This document shows positions 26,122-38,984 of a stretch of 64,000 nucleotides of DNA, one piece after another; the stretch's first letter is position 1; each line of letters starts with the position of its first letter. Position numbers and translations under genes: made by a program. The notes under the pieces are model-generated. The model did not search any database and was not told the origin of the DNA. It was given only the letters and a program-made list of their open reading frames with translations. Origin of the DNA: Ostrea edulis (Eukaryota); contig NC_079167.1 in assembly GCF_947568905.1 (NCBI RefSeq), positions 26,164,001-26,228,000 of the forward strand, written 5' to 3'.

Positions 26122-27098
26122 GAGGCTGACCGCGTCTGACCTAGTTGATAAACTGTCTGTAGGCCATAAATCTTGATATCATGCCTGCAACAGAATTGTT
26201 ACTGTATTCTATCACGTGTGTGTGTAATTGGAAATATTTACACACAAATGCCATGTTATGTTTAGATTTTAATACATGTGAATACAGAAGGTATTTTTCA
26301 TTTTCGTGTTTTTCTTACTTGTTTAACAAGTTGTTATCCAAGTCCTCTGAGACCCTTCCTCTCTGGATACATAAATCCATGGATAAATGTAAGCTGTATC
26401 AATTATAACAGGACTTAGACACACCATGTCAAAATATGGGTGTAGAGAACCGCACTGTATGTGTATATCCATGTAATCTGACACAAAATGTTCAAACTCA
26501 TGACAACAAAGACACCCCTTGAATGCACATAATTCCTCTCTCATTAAAATAAATTGCTGGTAAAGAAGAATTATTTTGAGAAGCAATTTCTTCCTCTGTA
26601 ATATCAGGTTCAAACTGATATCCCATATTTAATTCACTTTCTGCTGATGACATATTAACGTTGATGCTTACAATGTGCCAAAAATACACAATGTGTCCAA
26701 CTGACATCAGTATCACTGCTGCCCTCTAGTGGATGCTAAGAGATAACCCAGCAGGGAGGTAATAATTTTTTCAATATGGCAGCTCCCAAGGATTGAAAAG
26801 ATTCGTTAATCTTTATGAAATATCTCCCTACTACAGAAAGCTAAATCTTACTGATTTTCAGAATTCATTATATACATCAAAATGACAAATTTAAACCCTT
26901 TGTCACAATTTCGTAAACAATAGCATACCGCAATCTTTGTTTACAAAACAAATAATAAACTCTCTATAATGAGCTTCTGTGATAATGTATAACCTTAATT
27001 TTCATGTGAAATCTTTCAAACACTTTAGACAGTAGATTTTCATCATTAAAAGTGAAAAACAAAATTTGGGGGGGGGGGGGGATCGTGAATCAGTCCCT
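25281..27098. mobile_element. Internally deleted Kolobok-type DNA transposon
   Basis: TTAA on both sides (25277-25280 and 27099-27102); AG...CT termini; 17-bp TIR AGGGACTGRTTCAYGAT. Contains a decayed KolX-like gene (minus) and a probable transposase C-terminal remnant (plus, about 25500-25800: FILELMDKVLE, ITPVPPTFELTQKHYS). Confidence 0.75.
25958..26653 (-). pseudogene. KolX / P2X7-ballast-like Cys-rich gene relic, 2 exons (26653-26319 and 26184-25958)
   Basis: Motifs in order: MSSAESELNMGYQFEPDITEEEIA, CLCCHE, HPYFDMVCLSPVIIDTAY, then after a GT-AG intron RFMAYRQFIN*V and RVVLPSFVVT*IIGAFP. Has frameshifts, stops and a poly-C insertion. Confidence 0.72.
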
Positions 27099-27102
27099 TT
27101 AA

Positions 27103-28121
27103 GGTAACTCCATACTTGCAGTTTTATCTGATACAAGTTTAAAATGTGTATTTATTTCCATTCATTAGAGTTAAAACCAACAAACTATCAAATAAAATAC
27201 ATGGGTCATCACACTTTTAAAAGGGGCTTGGATACGATTTGAGCTGAACATTTTCAAATTTTATTTTTCCATTTTTATTGTTTACAATGTTTAACTAAAG
27301 TATTTCTAATGATCAACCAAAATTTGAATATCAGTTGTTGAGTTATAAGTGAGATACATCACTCGCAATTCTTTGTGATGTAAACAAGGCTCGTGTCATG
27401 TTTTTATTTACATTAGACTGTTTAATGGAAAATAACGTGTTTAAAACAATATGAGATGTGCCAAACACTCCCAAATATTTAATTGTGTTAATTAAACGAA
27501 ACATTTATTAGTTTATTTAACATGTAAACAAAAACATGGCACGAGCCTTGTTTACATAACAAGGATCTGTGACCATGTATCTTGGCTACTGACATTCAAA
27601 GTTTTGCTGATCATTAGTTAAGCATTCTAAACATTAAAAATAAAATTTGAAAATTTCCAGCTCAAATCGTGTCCATGTCCCTTTAAGATACGAGACGTAC
27701 ATAAACAGAATCATATATCACCGTCAGAAAATTGCAATTTTCTTTAGACAGTGTTTTTAAAATTCCATACAAACTGGTTAAGACGATATAGTAGCATTCA
27801 TAACATTTTCATGAAACTATCTTCACAAAAATACAAAATGTCTGTAAAAAAAAAAAGGGGGGGGAGTCTCTCGCATAAATAGACTTGATAAAAAAAATCA
27901 TTAGAAACAGAGTTATTGCCCTTGAATTCAATATTTTGAAACGTATCATTGATTATTCTTCTATAACTTAGACTTTTGAAATATTTTAATTTTTAACAAG
28001 ATTTTTTATACAATAACTATAGGAAAAGACTCCAACAAAATTTATGTTCCTAACATGCATGAATCTAAATAAATCATTGATTTTGCAAAATCTAATGACA
28101 TCACAGAAGGGTGGAATTACT
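27103..28121. mobile_element. TTAA-flanked Kolobok-type non-autonomous element (interrupted by 27222-27682)
   Basis: Ends GGTAACTCCA / TGGAATTACT; TTAA on both sides. The right 240 bp is the reverse-complement homolog of 54121-54330. Confidence 0.55.
27222..27682. mobile_element. Nested Kolobok-type MITE
   Basis: TIR AGGGGCTTGGATACGATTTGAGCTG / CAGCTCAAATCGTGTCCATGTCCCT; TTAA(A) left and TTAA right; inner inverted repeat aaacaaggctcgtg/cacgagccttgttt. Confidence 0.75.
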
Positions 28122-28125
28122 TTAA

Positions 28126-28631
28126 AGGTATTCCATGTATAATGAAAGGATAATGAACAATTTTGTGAAGGATTTAGATCAACATAAAAGTTTATTGTTA
28201 AATAATGATGAAAGTGAAGCAGATGAACTGACTGGTAATTATTAGAAGCTGACCTTTTTGCACTTAAGACTTTTTGGAAGAGTTGTCTGCCCTTTGTAAA
28301 AATAAGAAAAATCTAATTTTCTAACAAAAATGCTTGTGGTCAATAATTAATTTTATTTCATATTTTCATAAAAAGAAAGTTTATGTAACTTATTACCAAG
28401 AGATAATTATGAAAATATAATTTGTTTTCAAAGTATTGTAATAAAACATGCTTTTCCCATATACTTCAATGTTAAATTCTAGGTGAAATAAATCAGGCAA
28501 TAAACAAAATTTTGAAAATTCCTATGGTGGATTATTTTTATTTAATGAACCCTTCAAAATGATACCATGATTACAAATATTCCACCATCCATTTATTAAA
28601 TATGAAATATGGTCATTATACATTGAATACC
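28126..28631. mobile_element. TTAA-flanked MITE
   Basis: Ends GGTATTCCATGTAT / ATACATTGAATACC; TTAA at 28122-28125 and 28632-28635. Confidence 0.65.
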
Positions 28632-29951
28632 TTAAGCAAAATAAAAGAAACTTTAGTCAAATTACGGCCTTCAGTTAACAATGGACCACAATTTATGCTG
28701 AAATTAAAAGGATAAGAGGCCACAATGATCACATGAAGGGTCACATTTTCACAATGGCTTGTAAAATATTCAAACTCGATATCATGGTTCTACCCGGGGG
28801 ATTGTGGTGCGATGAGGAAGCTTGAATACCAAATTCACAGGAGTACGTCCTTTTGGTTTTTTCGATACTTTAAAACTCATGGCTCTAAGGTTCACTGTTA
28901 ACAAGCAACATGCAGACCTATATGTACAAATTAATCTGACAAATAATGAGAAGACTTCTATGAAAAAGAATAATCATATGAAACTAATGATATCACCCAG
29001 ACTGTTGGGTTATGTCATACTTAGACAGCATGGGTCATGAATTATACAATACATGAGGGTACTTTAATTGTTGACACATACATTCTATTAACAAAATGGT
29101 TCCTGTGAAGATGTTTAGTTTTTCATGCACTCGTATTTCAAATCCCACTCTGGTTGTATATTAAATCCCACTCTAGTTGTATTTTAAATCCCACTCTGGT
29201 CCTTGATGTTATGGTGTGAACAAAGTTATGTTCTTCACAGTCTGGACCCTGGTTCATGCGAAGAATATTTTAAAGATTTTTTCAGTTCACCTGGAGTGAA
29301 AGCTGTGATCACATTTTGTCTAGGGTACATGTACATCTGTATGTGTGTCTGTAAACTTCACATTTTAGACTTCTCAAGAACCCTGGGCTAATTTCAATTA
29401 AACTTGCCACAAAGCATGCTTAAGTAAAGAGGATTCGGCATTATCATGTTATTTGATTCGCGAGAAAGTGTGAGAGTTATTTGCTCTTTAAATTTGGTTT
29501 ATTCCGTTGAATTACTATAGGATTATGCAAATTTTCAAACATTTGCATATGGCACAGGTGAAAGAAGTATAAATTAAAACAAACTTATGGTAGGGGACCT
29601 CTTAAATTACGGAATAAACAGTATATTAAAGATGTGCGAATCAAATAACATGATTATGCCAAATGTTTTGTGAAATTATTTATATCGATCGATTTGTTTG
29701 ACTATCATCGTAGCTCAGTGGTTAAAGCATTGGGCTGTTGAACCGCAGATCTCGAGTTCGAATCCCCCAGAGTCTTTTCTTCATATGTCATTATGTGTTA
29801 AAATGATTGTTTTAAAAATCATGTTTTTATCCAAATTTGTATATTTTTTGGCATATATGCTCATTGGTATATCATCATATCTTTTATAATTAGATCAATT
29901 CGTACTGATTTGAGAAACTATTTCTGGATGTAGTGAGCCACCTTAAGGGAT

Positions 29952-30332
29952 TTTTGTACCGCAACGCGGAAGGGGACATAGAAATACCGGTGTCCGTCCG
30001 TCCCACTTCAGTTCACCGCCTAACGGATTTTGTTCATATTTTGTAGGATTGTTAGCCACCATGTGTAATTGATCATATTACGCCGTCATTTTGATTCGAC
30101 GATTTTTACATGAGTTATGGGACTTTGTTGAATTTTTACATGCTACACTATATGAACACTTTGTGGACGCAGCTCCTCCGAAATCGCTCAAAGGATTTCG
30201 TTCAAATTTTGTAGGATTGTTAGTCACCATATGTAGTTGATCATATTGCGCCGTCATTTTGATTCGACAAATTTTACAGTAGTTATGGGACTTTTGTGCT
30301 TCAACCTTTTTTGCGGCGGTGGGGGACATACA
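29952..30332 (+). mobile_element. HINE-like element with (gtcc)n and about 2 internal 160-bp repeats
   Basis: Begins ttttgtaccgcaacgcgg, contains gtccgtccgtcc, repeats ggatttYgttca..attttgtaggattgttag, and ends gcggcggtgggggacatac. Confidence 0.6.
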
Positions 30333-30416
30333 TGGCTACGTGTAGAAATCTTGTTTGAAAAGAGTTCCCGAGAACCACTGGGCCAGCCAGAAAGATGAAA
30401 CTTGTGTGATAGCTTT

Positions 30417-30420
<4 letters not shown>

Positions 30421-30453
<33 letters not shown>

Positions 30454-31496
30454 ATTTCTGATCGCCTGTTGTCCGTCGTCTGTCTAAACTTTTTACATAT
30501 TCGACTTCTTCCCCAGAACCACTGGGCCAATTATAACCACACTTGGCCAAAAGCATTCTTGGGTGATGGGCTTTCAAGTTTGTTCAAATGAAGGGTTATG
30601 CCAAATAGGGCGGGATTATTTAAAACTCTTCTTCTCAAGAACCACTGGACCAGAAGAGCTGAAATATACATGAAAGCTTCCTGACATAGAGCAGATTAAA
30701 GTTTGTTAAAAGCATGGCCCCCAGGGGTAGGATGGGGCCATAATAGGGGATCAAAGTTTTACATACAAATATATAGGATAAATCTTTAAACATCTTCTTC
30801 TCAAGAACCACTGAGCCAGAAAAGCTGAGATTTACATGAGAGCTTTCTGACATAGTGCAGATTCAAGCTTGTTAAAATCATGACCCCCGGGGGTAGGATG
30901 GCGCCACAGTACGGGATTAAAGTTTTACATATAAATATATAGGGAAAAATCTTTTAAAATCTTCTTCTCAAGAACCACTGGGCCAGGAAAGTACAATATT
31001 TACATGAAAGGTTTCTGAAATAGTGCAGATTCAAATTCGTTAAAATTATGACCCCGGAGGTAGGATGAGGCCGCAATAGGGGATCAAAGTTTTATATACA
31101 AATGTATAGGTAAAATCTTTACAAATCTTCTCAAGAATCACTGGGCCAAAAAGGTTTACATTTACATGAAATCTTCCTGACATAGTACAAATTCAAGTTT
31201 GTAAAAATTATGGCCCTGACAGTAAGGTTGGGGCCACAATAGGGATCAAAGTTTTACATACAAATATGTATAGAGAAAATCTTTAAAAATCTTCTCAAGA
31301 ATCACTGGGCCAAAAAAGTGTACATTTTCATGAAATCTTCTTGACAGTGCAGATTTAAGTTTGTAAAAATTATGGCCTCTGGCGTTAGGTTGGGACCACA
31401 ACAGGGATCAAAGTTTTATATGCGAATATATAGGGAAAATCTTTAAATATGGGCCAAGGTGACTCGGGTGAGCGATATGGCCCATGGGCCTCTTGT
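30421..31496 (+). mobile_element. HINE-like element with about 5 central Cg170-like satellite units (163-167 bp)
   Basis: Head ttagctcacctgagctgaaagctcaagtgagc; ttctcaagaaYcactg at about 30632, 30798, 30965, 31128 and 31292; tail ggtgagcgatatggcccatgggcctcttg. Confidence 0.8.
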
Positions 31497-31569
31497 TAGC
31501 TCCCCTGAGCTGAAAGCTCAAGTGAGGTTTACGGTACTTCTGATCACCCATTGTCTGTAAACTTTTCGA

Positions 31570-31613
<44 letters not shown>

Positions 31614-31800
31614 AAAGGCATCCTTGGGTAAATGGGATGTAAGTTTGTTCAAATGAAGGACAATACCCTTCTCCAAGGGGAGATAATCACGAAAATGCAA
31701 AAATTAGAGTGTGGTCATCAAGAACCACTGGGCCAGAACTTCCTGACAATGAAGATTCAAGTTTCTTCAAGTCATGGCTAGGGGAGGGGGATAAGGGATT
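31497..31800 (+). mobile_element. Truncated HINE-like copy directly after the previous element
   Basis: Same head (ttagctcccctgagctgaaagctcaagtgag); no tail seen. Confidence 0.65.
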
Positions 31801-32027
31801 AAAGTGTTATATGCTGATATATAAAACTCTTGAAAATATCTCCTGAACTATTTAAGCTAGACCTATCATTTTTTTTTTTTACATAAATTCTTTACAGAAA
31901 TGTCTTTCATGTGATGTAATAGTGTGTGACCTTGACCTGGAAGTTCGATCAATTTTTAATTTTAAAAAAAATTGACCTATTCAATATATCCTGGCCTATT
32001 TAAATGCAGATATTTCAAATCTTGTAT

Positions 32028-32204
32028 CAGCTGCAGAACTGTATCTCTCTGAAAAAATATTGAGGCAGATCAGAGATCATCTTCGCTAGCCAAGGGTGAC
32101 GCTCCATCACAAAAGAGAAACACCGTGGAGCGTCACCCTAGGCTAACGAAGATGATCAGAGATCTGTACCCATTTTTTTCCATAGAGCTACAGTTCTGCA
32201 GCTG
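32028..32204. mobile_element. Foldback MITE with 9-bp TSD (Mutator-like)
   Basis: Perfect outer TIR CAGCTGCAGAACTGTA; 32-bp inner inverted repeat with 2 mismatches; ATCTTGTAT on both sides. Confidence 0.8.
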
Positions 32205-32526
32205 ATCTTGTATATATATATTTCTTATGGTAAGACCATGATCTGTGACCTTGGAGTTTCATCTACTTTTAAGAAAACATAACTTACTAAATATAACCGG
32301 AAATATTTTAGATGGGCTTTCATATTTTGTATGAAGATTCTCTATATGGGTTAGAGAAGAGGTAGCAAATTCAAAACAGCTAATTTAATTAGACAGCTTT
32401 ATGGCAAGACCTTGTACACAATGGTGTTTGCTTTTTTGACTTAGGAAAGTTTGACCTTTTTATAAAAAAAATCTGACCTATTAAATTTCTTTTGAACTAT
32501 TTAAAGTAGGGCTTTCATATTTTGTA

Positions 32527-32853
32527 CCGCCGCGGTGGTCTAGAGGTAGAACGTTCGTCCCGCATGCGGAAGGCCGGTGTTCGAATCCCGGCCGCGACAG
32601 ACCTATGTCGTTAAAAAGGTAGTGACAGTTCCATCGCCAAACGCTCGGCATCAGGTGTGACTGTCACGGGTCCTCGGAGATTACCTCAAAAACGGATGTC
32701 CCGTGTCACAGTAGTTGTGGCACGCTAAAGAACCCTCACTGCTCAATGCATGTAAGCGTCGATCATATGCCTAAATTTGAAGCCCTTCACTAGTCTTGGT
32801 GACTTCTCTATATGAGTGAAAAATTCTCGAGACGTTAAACAAGATACAAGCAA
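32527..32853 (+). mobile_element. Full-length tRNA-derived SINE (Meta-domain-like) with 12-bp TSD
   Basis: A box ggtggtctagaggt; B box gttcgaatccc; central gtcccgtgtcacagtagttgtggcacgctaaagaaccc; TCATATTTTGTA on both sides. Confidence 0.85.
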
Positions 32854-32884
32854 TCATATTTTGTATAAAGGTTCTTTATTCCTG

Positions 32885-33275
32885 ACTTACTTAGGCCTGT
32901 CGTTCCGTGAGGAACATAGGCCCTCCAACAAACTCGATTCTGGGCGGTTTTTGCTGCCAGGTCATGTCCTGCGCCTTTACTTCTGCCTCTGAGTCACGCC
33001 TCCAGGTGTTTCTTGGACGTCCCCTCTTTCTCTTGCCCTGCGGGTTCCAGGTCATGGTCTAGCGTGTAGTGCTGGAAGGTGGCTTCCTTAGAGTGTGTAC
33101 AATCCAGCCCCACTTCCTCCGTCTGATTTGCAGGTCTAATGGTTCCTGCCCTACTCTCTTCTATAGTTCTTCATTTGTGATCTTTTCAGGCCATCGGATG
33201 TTGAAGATGCGCCTGAGACAAGTGTTTTAAAATGTCTGGATCTTTTGCAGGGTTGTTTTGGTCGTTCTCCATGTT
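32885..33275 (-). mobile_element. RTE-clade LINE 3' fragment, decayed
   Basis: Minus strand reads TWRTTKTTLQKIQTF*NTCLRRIFNIRWPEKITNEEL*KRVGQEP and WNPQGKRKRGRPRNTW. Confidence 0.8.
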
Positions 33276-33894
33276 CTTTATGACAAGACCTTATTATTTT
33301 TTACCTTGAACTACTTTTTAAATATCTGACCTATTAAATATCGCCTGAACTATCCAAGGTAGATTTTTCATATTTCTTAAGGCATGGCCTTTATTGCGTA
33401 CTGTGATCTTGAAATTTGACCCACTTTTAAGGAAACATAACCTATTAAATATCTTCAGAACTATTCTAGGTGGGGCTTTAATATTTTGTATTCAGGTTTT
33501 TATGACAAGACCTTGTGATAAATAAACAAAATATAATCAACCTTGTGATACAATTGTATCTTATTTTGTGACCTTGACCTACTTTCTCTAAAAACCTTAC
33601 CTAATCATTATCTCCTGAACTATGTAATATGTAATTTTAAAGCCTTTCTATTTTGTATATAGATTCTTTATGACAAGACCTTGGATATACTTCAGTGTTT
33701 GACCTGCTTTTAATAAAAGTCTTAACCTGTTCATTATCTCCTGAACTATTAAGATGGAACTTTCATATTTTGTATGTAGATTTTCTTAAGGCAAGGTCTT
33801 CATATCATATAACATGTGACCTTGGTCTTATCTAGAACAGCAAGATCATGTTAGTCATATTGGTGTTGAGGCATCACTGTGTTACATGAATTCA

Positions 33895-33896
<2 letters not shown>

Positions 33897-33926
<30 letters not shown>

Positions 33927-34009
33927 ACTATTTGTCCGTTGTCTGTCGTCGGCATCGGTGTAAACTTTTCATTTTCATCTTTTTTCTCCAGAACCACTAC
34001 CTCTCAGGT

Positions 34010-34046
<37 letters not shown>

Positions 34047-34365
34047 GAAGGGCTTTCAAGTTTGTTCAATTGAAGGGTCATACCCATTCTAAGGGGAGAT
34101 AATCACAAAAATAGGGTGGGGTAATTTAGAAATCTCCTTAAGAACCACTAGGCCAGAGGAGCTGAAATTTACATGAAAGCTCCTTGAAAGGCAGATTCAA
34201 GTTTGTTCAAATCATGGTTCCATAAAATATATAGGGAAAATCTTTAAAAATCTTCTCGAGAACCACTTGACCCGAAGAGCTAAGATTTACATGAAAGCTT
34301 CCTGACATAGTGCAGATTCAAGTTTTTAAAATCATGGCCCCTGAGGGGTAGGTTGGGGCCACAGA
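33897..34365 (+). mobile_element. Truncated HINE-like element
   Basis: Head ttagctcacctgagccgaaggctcaagtga followed by Cg170-like units. Confidence 0.7.
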
Positions 34366-34748
34366 GTGGACGAAATTATTGCCTCTTTTATCGTTTACAG
34401 TTTTCTAAACAAGCGACCACGATTTATACCTTAAATTTGAAAAATTAGGGGGGCGTACGGATGCGCCCCCCTAAATCCGCCACTGGTAAAGACTGATTTG
34501 ATGCACGTCATGATATGAAATGGTCATTTGATTTCAATTTTTCGTTTCAAAAATGTTTGTCTAATATATTTTCCCTCAACTGATAGTACATAAAGATTCA
34601 TTATTTAAAATGCATTTAACAAAGTGGAGACACAGAAAACAATATACTGGTCTGTGCAAAGTCAATGTAGAACTTGTTTTGCCAATCTGCAGTACTCACC
34701 GATTACTAGCACAGCTCTGTCTTATATTACTGTAGTATTGAAAGACAA

Positions 34749-34985
34749 AAAGGTGAAGATAACAGTGGTCAATCTCATCACACTGATCATCAGAAGAGAC
34801 TACATATTTAATGAAGTGGTCAGCATGAAAGGTGAAGATAACAAACAGTGGTCAATTTCATCACACTGATCACAGACTACAGATTTAATGAAGTCGTGGT
34901 CAGCATGAAAGGTGAAAATAACAAACAGTGGTCAATCTCATCACACTGATCATCAGAAGAGACTACAGATTTAAGTGTGGTCAGA
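34749..34985. repeat. About 80-bp tandem repeat x3
   Basis: aaggtgaaRataac...cagtggtcaatYtcatcacactgatca starts near 34750, 34829 and 34909. Confidence 0.75.
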
Positions 34986-35735
34986 ATCTCAGTGGAAATG
35001 AAACGAATGGGCAGAGAAATTAACAGATCCCCAGAACCGTGTTATTCATAAGATCGAGGTCATAGAAATATACATAGAACTTAGAAATATACACAATGTG
35101 TAGGTTTTGAATGTTGTTTATTGCACTTTGAAATGTGACGTATAAAACAATTGAATCACTAGACTTAATATACAAAAATGAAAACTTTATGAACATGTCT
35201 ATAATGATAAAAACATCAAAGAGATAATATGCAGCGTACCTTAGATTTAATGATAAATTCAAAACTCCATTCAATATTTAAAAGCACAATCGTTATACCA
35301 ATAACACGGTAGATTATGAAAAATTGCTAATTACATGTAACACTTGATTTGACACTGGGTATATATTTCGAATATCAACACGAAAGACTAATATCCCGGT
35401 ATATTTTCTCTTATCTGTACAATTTCTTTTTTCAAAAACACAGAATATCATAAGATTAATTTGACTGCAAACGTTAAAAACTTCCTACAGAATTATATGT
35501 TATTGGAAATAAAACTTTAAAAAAACAACTAGCAATTAATTAATTACACTTTTGTTATACCGATAAAACCACTACACCACTTCAAATGGGTGTCGATTCA
35601 AGATGATTTAATTTTGGTTACATTTTATTCAAATTCCAACAGATAAGTAAAAGTTATGATAATCCTATTGAACAAAGAAGGACATTTGATGAGGAGGATG
35701 CCCCAGCCCCAATATGATCTGTCCAGATGATCCAA

Positions 35736-38172
35736 TCACTGGTAAGGCGGTGGTTTCTGAAAGGAAGATAGTCAATAAATGTCCTGCGTATCGTCACATT
35801 TCTTTCATTTTCAGAGCAACTTAATTTCTCATGTAACATGGAGAAAAAAAATGAACTTGATATGTGTACCTGTGTATACTGAGGTGTGTACGCCGGAGCT
35901 GAGGCCTGGGGTTGTTGATAAGGGTAGACCTGTGGGTAATTTGCAGTGGTGCTGGTTGCCACAGTTGTACCATACGCTGGTTGAGCTATTCGGATATATT
36001 GCATACGGTTTCTGCGCCTGCGCATTGCAATGACGCAACTAACAATTAGGAGGAATATCACAATCCAAATGAACCAGAACCCTAAAAAAAATATGTGGTT
36101 TTAATAAATGTTGGATTAGTATGATGAACAGCATAACTCCAATTACAATGTATTTTTAATAAAAAAAAACAAACAACAATTTTTTTTTTACTTACACCAC
36201 AGCTGGTAAACATAGTAAGTCGTGCAACATTCGTCAAAATTACAGCAATACGAATCATCTCCTGAAATATGAATAAATATCATGATATCACCTGCAGAAC
36301 CATACATCGTGGTACTTTAAATGTTCAACTTTACAAAATATCACAAACAGAGGGAATGTCCAGTGGGGACCTTACCACAGATTGTGTAACTGTAAGTGTC
36401 TCCACACCAAAGACCCTGAAAATGTACAAAGTAAAACTCCACTCAGAGCTGTGTATATACAAGTTTTTCAACAGTTAAGCCAAAATTGCGAGAATGCCGT
36501 TTTCTTGGTTACATAAGTTTAAAGGGATCTTTTATTTCCGTTTTTAACATATATTCCACCGTGCATTCAAAACTAAAACACAAAAACAGTGCTGGATTAG
36601 TTTTAGTTTCCATTCAAATTATTCCCACACAACTTTATTTTACCTTTGATTCTCTGATTTTTCTCTATATAAAAGTAATACGATAAAACTGTCTATTTCC
36701 CTGATAATGCTCTACTCCCTATCTGACAACTACTCCCTGGAAAACCAGTGCTACTCCCTAGGAACTACTCCGTCAGTTATATTTCTATAACTAGAGTACT
36801 AAATAACAAGTAACAGTATTGTACTCTCTAAAAAAAAAAACCCATTGATGCTGGAGATACTATAATACTCACTATGGCATGTACATTTCAGTGAATCTAT
36901 GAGATATACTTATTACTAAAGCAGTCTGTGACATATGTACATATAAACACATACATACACGTGCATACATATACATACATACATACACATACATGCATAC
37001 ATACACATATACAATACATACAGGCACCACACATGTGTATAGATTTATAAGATACAGATACAAATATAATTCTATGAGATACATAAACAAATAAAGATTG
37101 ATAGGATACATAACAGATTCATATAGATCTACCCGATATGAGATACAGATACTATATAGTACCCTAGCAGGTCTCGTATGTCAATGGATACATGAGATAG
37201 ATGTATATTTACATATTCAACTAGAATGGATCTCATCTATTCATATAAATAAATAAATATATATATATATATATCTATATATATACATGTACATTGTACA
37301 ATACCTAAGTGATGCCAAAACAACAATAGAAACCAATTCAATCTATCTACTTATAATTACAACTTCCCTTCCTTTATGATAAAATCTACAAAAGATATTA
37401 ATCTCTTCTGCCAGTTTAATCTGCTTATGTGATATCCTAATCTATACTCCTTCATATCTTGATCAAAGGAATATGACAGTGAAACACGGTGTATCTATTA
37501 GTAATACGAGTATAAGATGCACCTATTCTGAACTCCATGTACATGTGTTAGATCACGAGGAAGAAGAAAAAACTCCATTGTTTGTTTATCGCATACTTCC
37601 TTGTTTGTCGCTATACATATGAAACACGTGTACAAAGTTTAACTATTTTTTTAAATTCATCTACATCCACCAACTGGAGAATGGAAATCGATATGATTGA
37701 ACAATTTCTATCTCCTTTTATTAATAAATATTATGAAGGATAAAAAAAAGGAAATGAAAAAAAACCCCAAAGAAAACAACAACAACAACAACAACAAAAA
37801 CCAAAAAAACATTTGGTATATCAGTTGAGGATGTTAAAACATGAGATCGGTACACGATATTAATAAACATCACTTATGTACTAAACAATTATAAATGCTC
37901 TGGAAAGAATATCGGTCTCATATTATAGATCTAAAGTTTGAAAGTAGCGACTTTTCACCATTTTACTATGAACACTGGTGCAATACCAATTGTAATGGGG
38001 TAAAAATCCAAAGATGATAACGACAGTCACGATCTGTCACGTATTTCTCTGCTAACTAAATCATGACGAACGACTATGTTAACAAATTCACAAAATCATA
38101 ACTTACAGAAACGGTCTGCTGACAAATCAACACACAAAGTACAGCTAACAAAATCCTACAAACTGCGTCCAT
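35736..38172 (-). CDS. WBP1/VOPP1 (Shisa-like) membrane protein, paralog 1, 134 aa
   Basis: Exons 38172-38107 (signal MDAVCRILLAVLCVLICQQTVS), 36415-36376, 36261-36196 (YCCNFDECC...YQLW), 36081-35870 (WFWFIW TM helix, RRRR) and 35756-35736 (KPPPYQ*). Introns are GT-AG with consistent phases. Confidence 0.85.
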
Positions 38173-38984
38173 CTTGGCGATTTGTGTTCTTGTCTAATAA
38201 TAAACATCATAGTCATGTGACATATAATCCCATATACAGAACAGCACAAAATTATTGCTCAAAAGTGATCCTTAGACTTGACGTCACGGACTTCATTTGC
38301 GGAGCATTATGGGAAGGCTAGGGCACCAGGCTAATGATAGGGGAAATATTTTGTATTTAGAGAGAGAGAGAGGGGGGGGGGGGGTATTACTGTACAAATG
38401 TACATGTAAAAATAAACATGGTGACACAATACTACTGTCAAGGAGTTGTGTACTGAAATAAGGAGTTTTTGAAGAGAATTTAGGCTGTTTTAGTGTCTAT
38501 ATAGAAATTGAAAGCTTAACCTTTTAGATTTTGATTTGGATACATGTATATAGAAACCTCGATGGAAAAATGATCAAAGGTTTCATTTCCCAACAGAACA
38601 ATAGACGTTTTCGTTGATATGGAAATAATGTAGGCCCCCAAACTTAAAATGCCATATTTATTTACTCTATTCCTTATGAATATTTAAAAATTTATGCACA
38701 TATATAATTTACTTTAGAAGTATAGACACCGATTATCAGATTTCTAGATTAGTTTCAAACACAATGTAAAAGAATATTCAAGAAGAGGGCCGGCTTATTG
38801 CACAAAACAAATATCAAACTCGATATAGCACTACCATCTTTATTTCTGTTTTGGATCGAATGCACGGGTTTAGATTGTAAACGAGGACCAGCATTTATCA
38901 CATACATTATTTTCTTCGTCTCGACTCTGTTCAGTTTCCTTGATCAAGAATACTATAAATTTCCGTATTAATATAAGGCATATG

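Larger units (their letters stand above)
31800..33830. repeat. Degenerate tandem repeat array interrupted by a MITE, a SINE and an RTE fragment
   Basis: Recurring motifs tatctcctgaactatttaag, tttcatattttgtat, tatgacaagaccttg and gaccttgacct. Confidence 0.55.

Noticed and set aside
29701-29772. tRNA-Asn gene
   Set aside because: No acceptor stem and an enlarged anticodon loop; treated as a tRNA-derived cassette.
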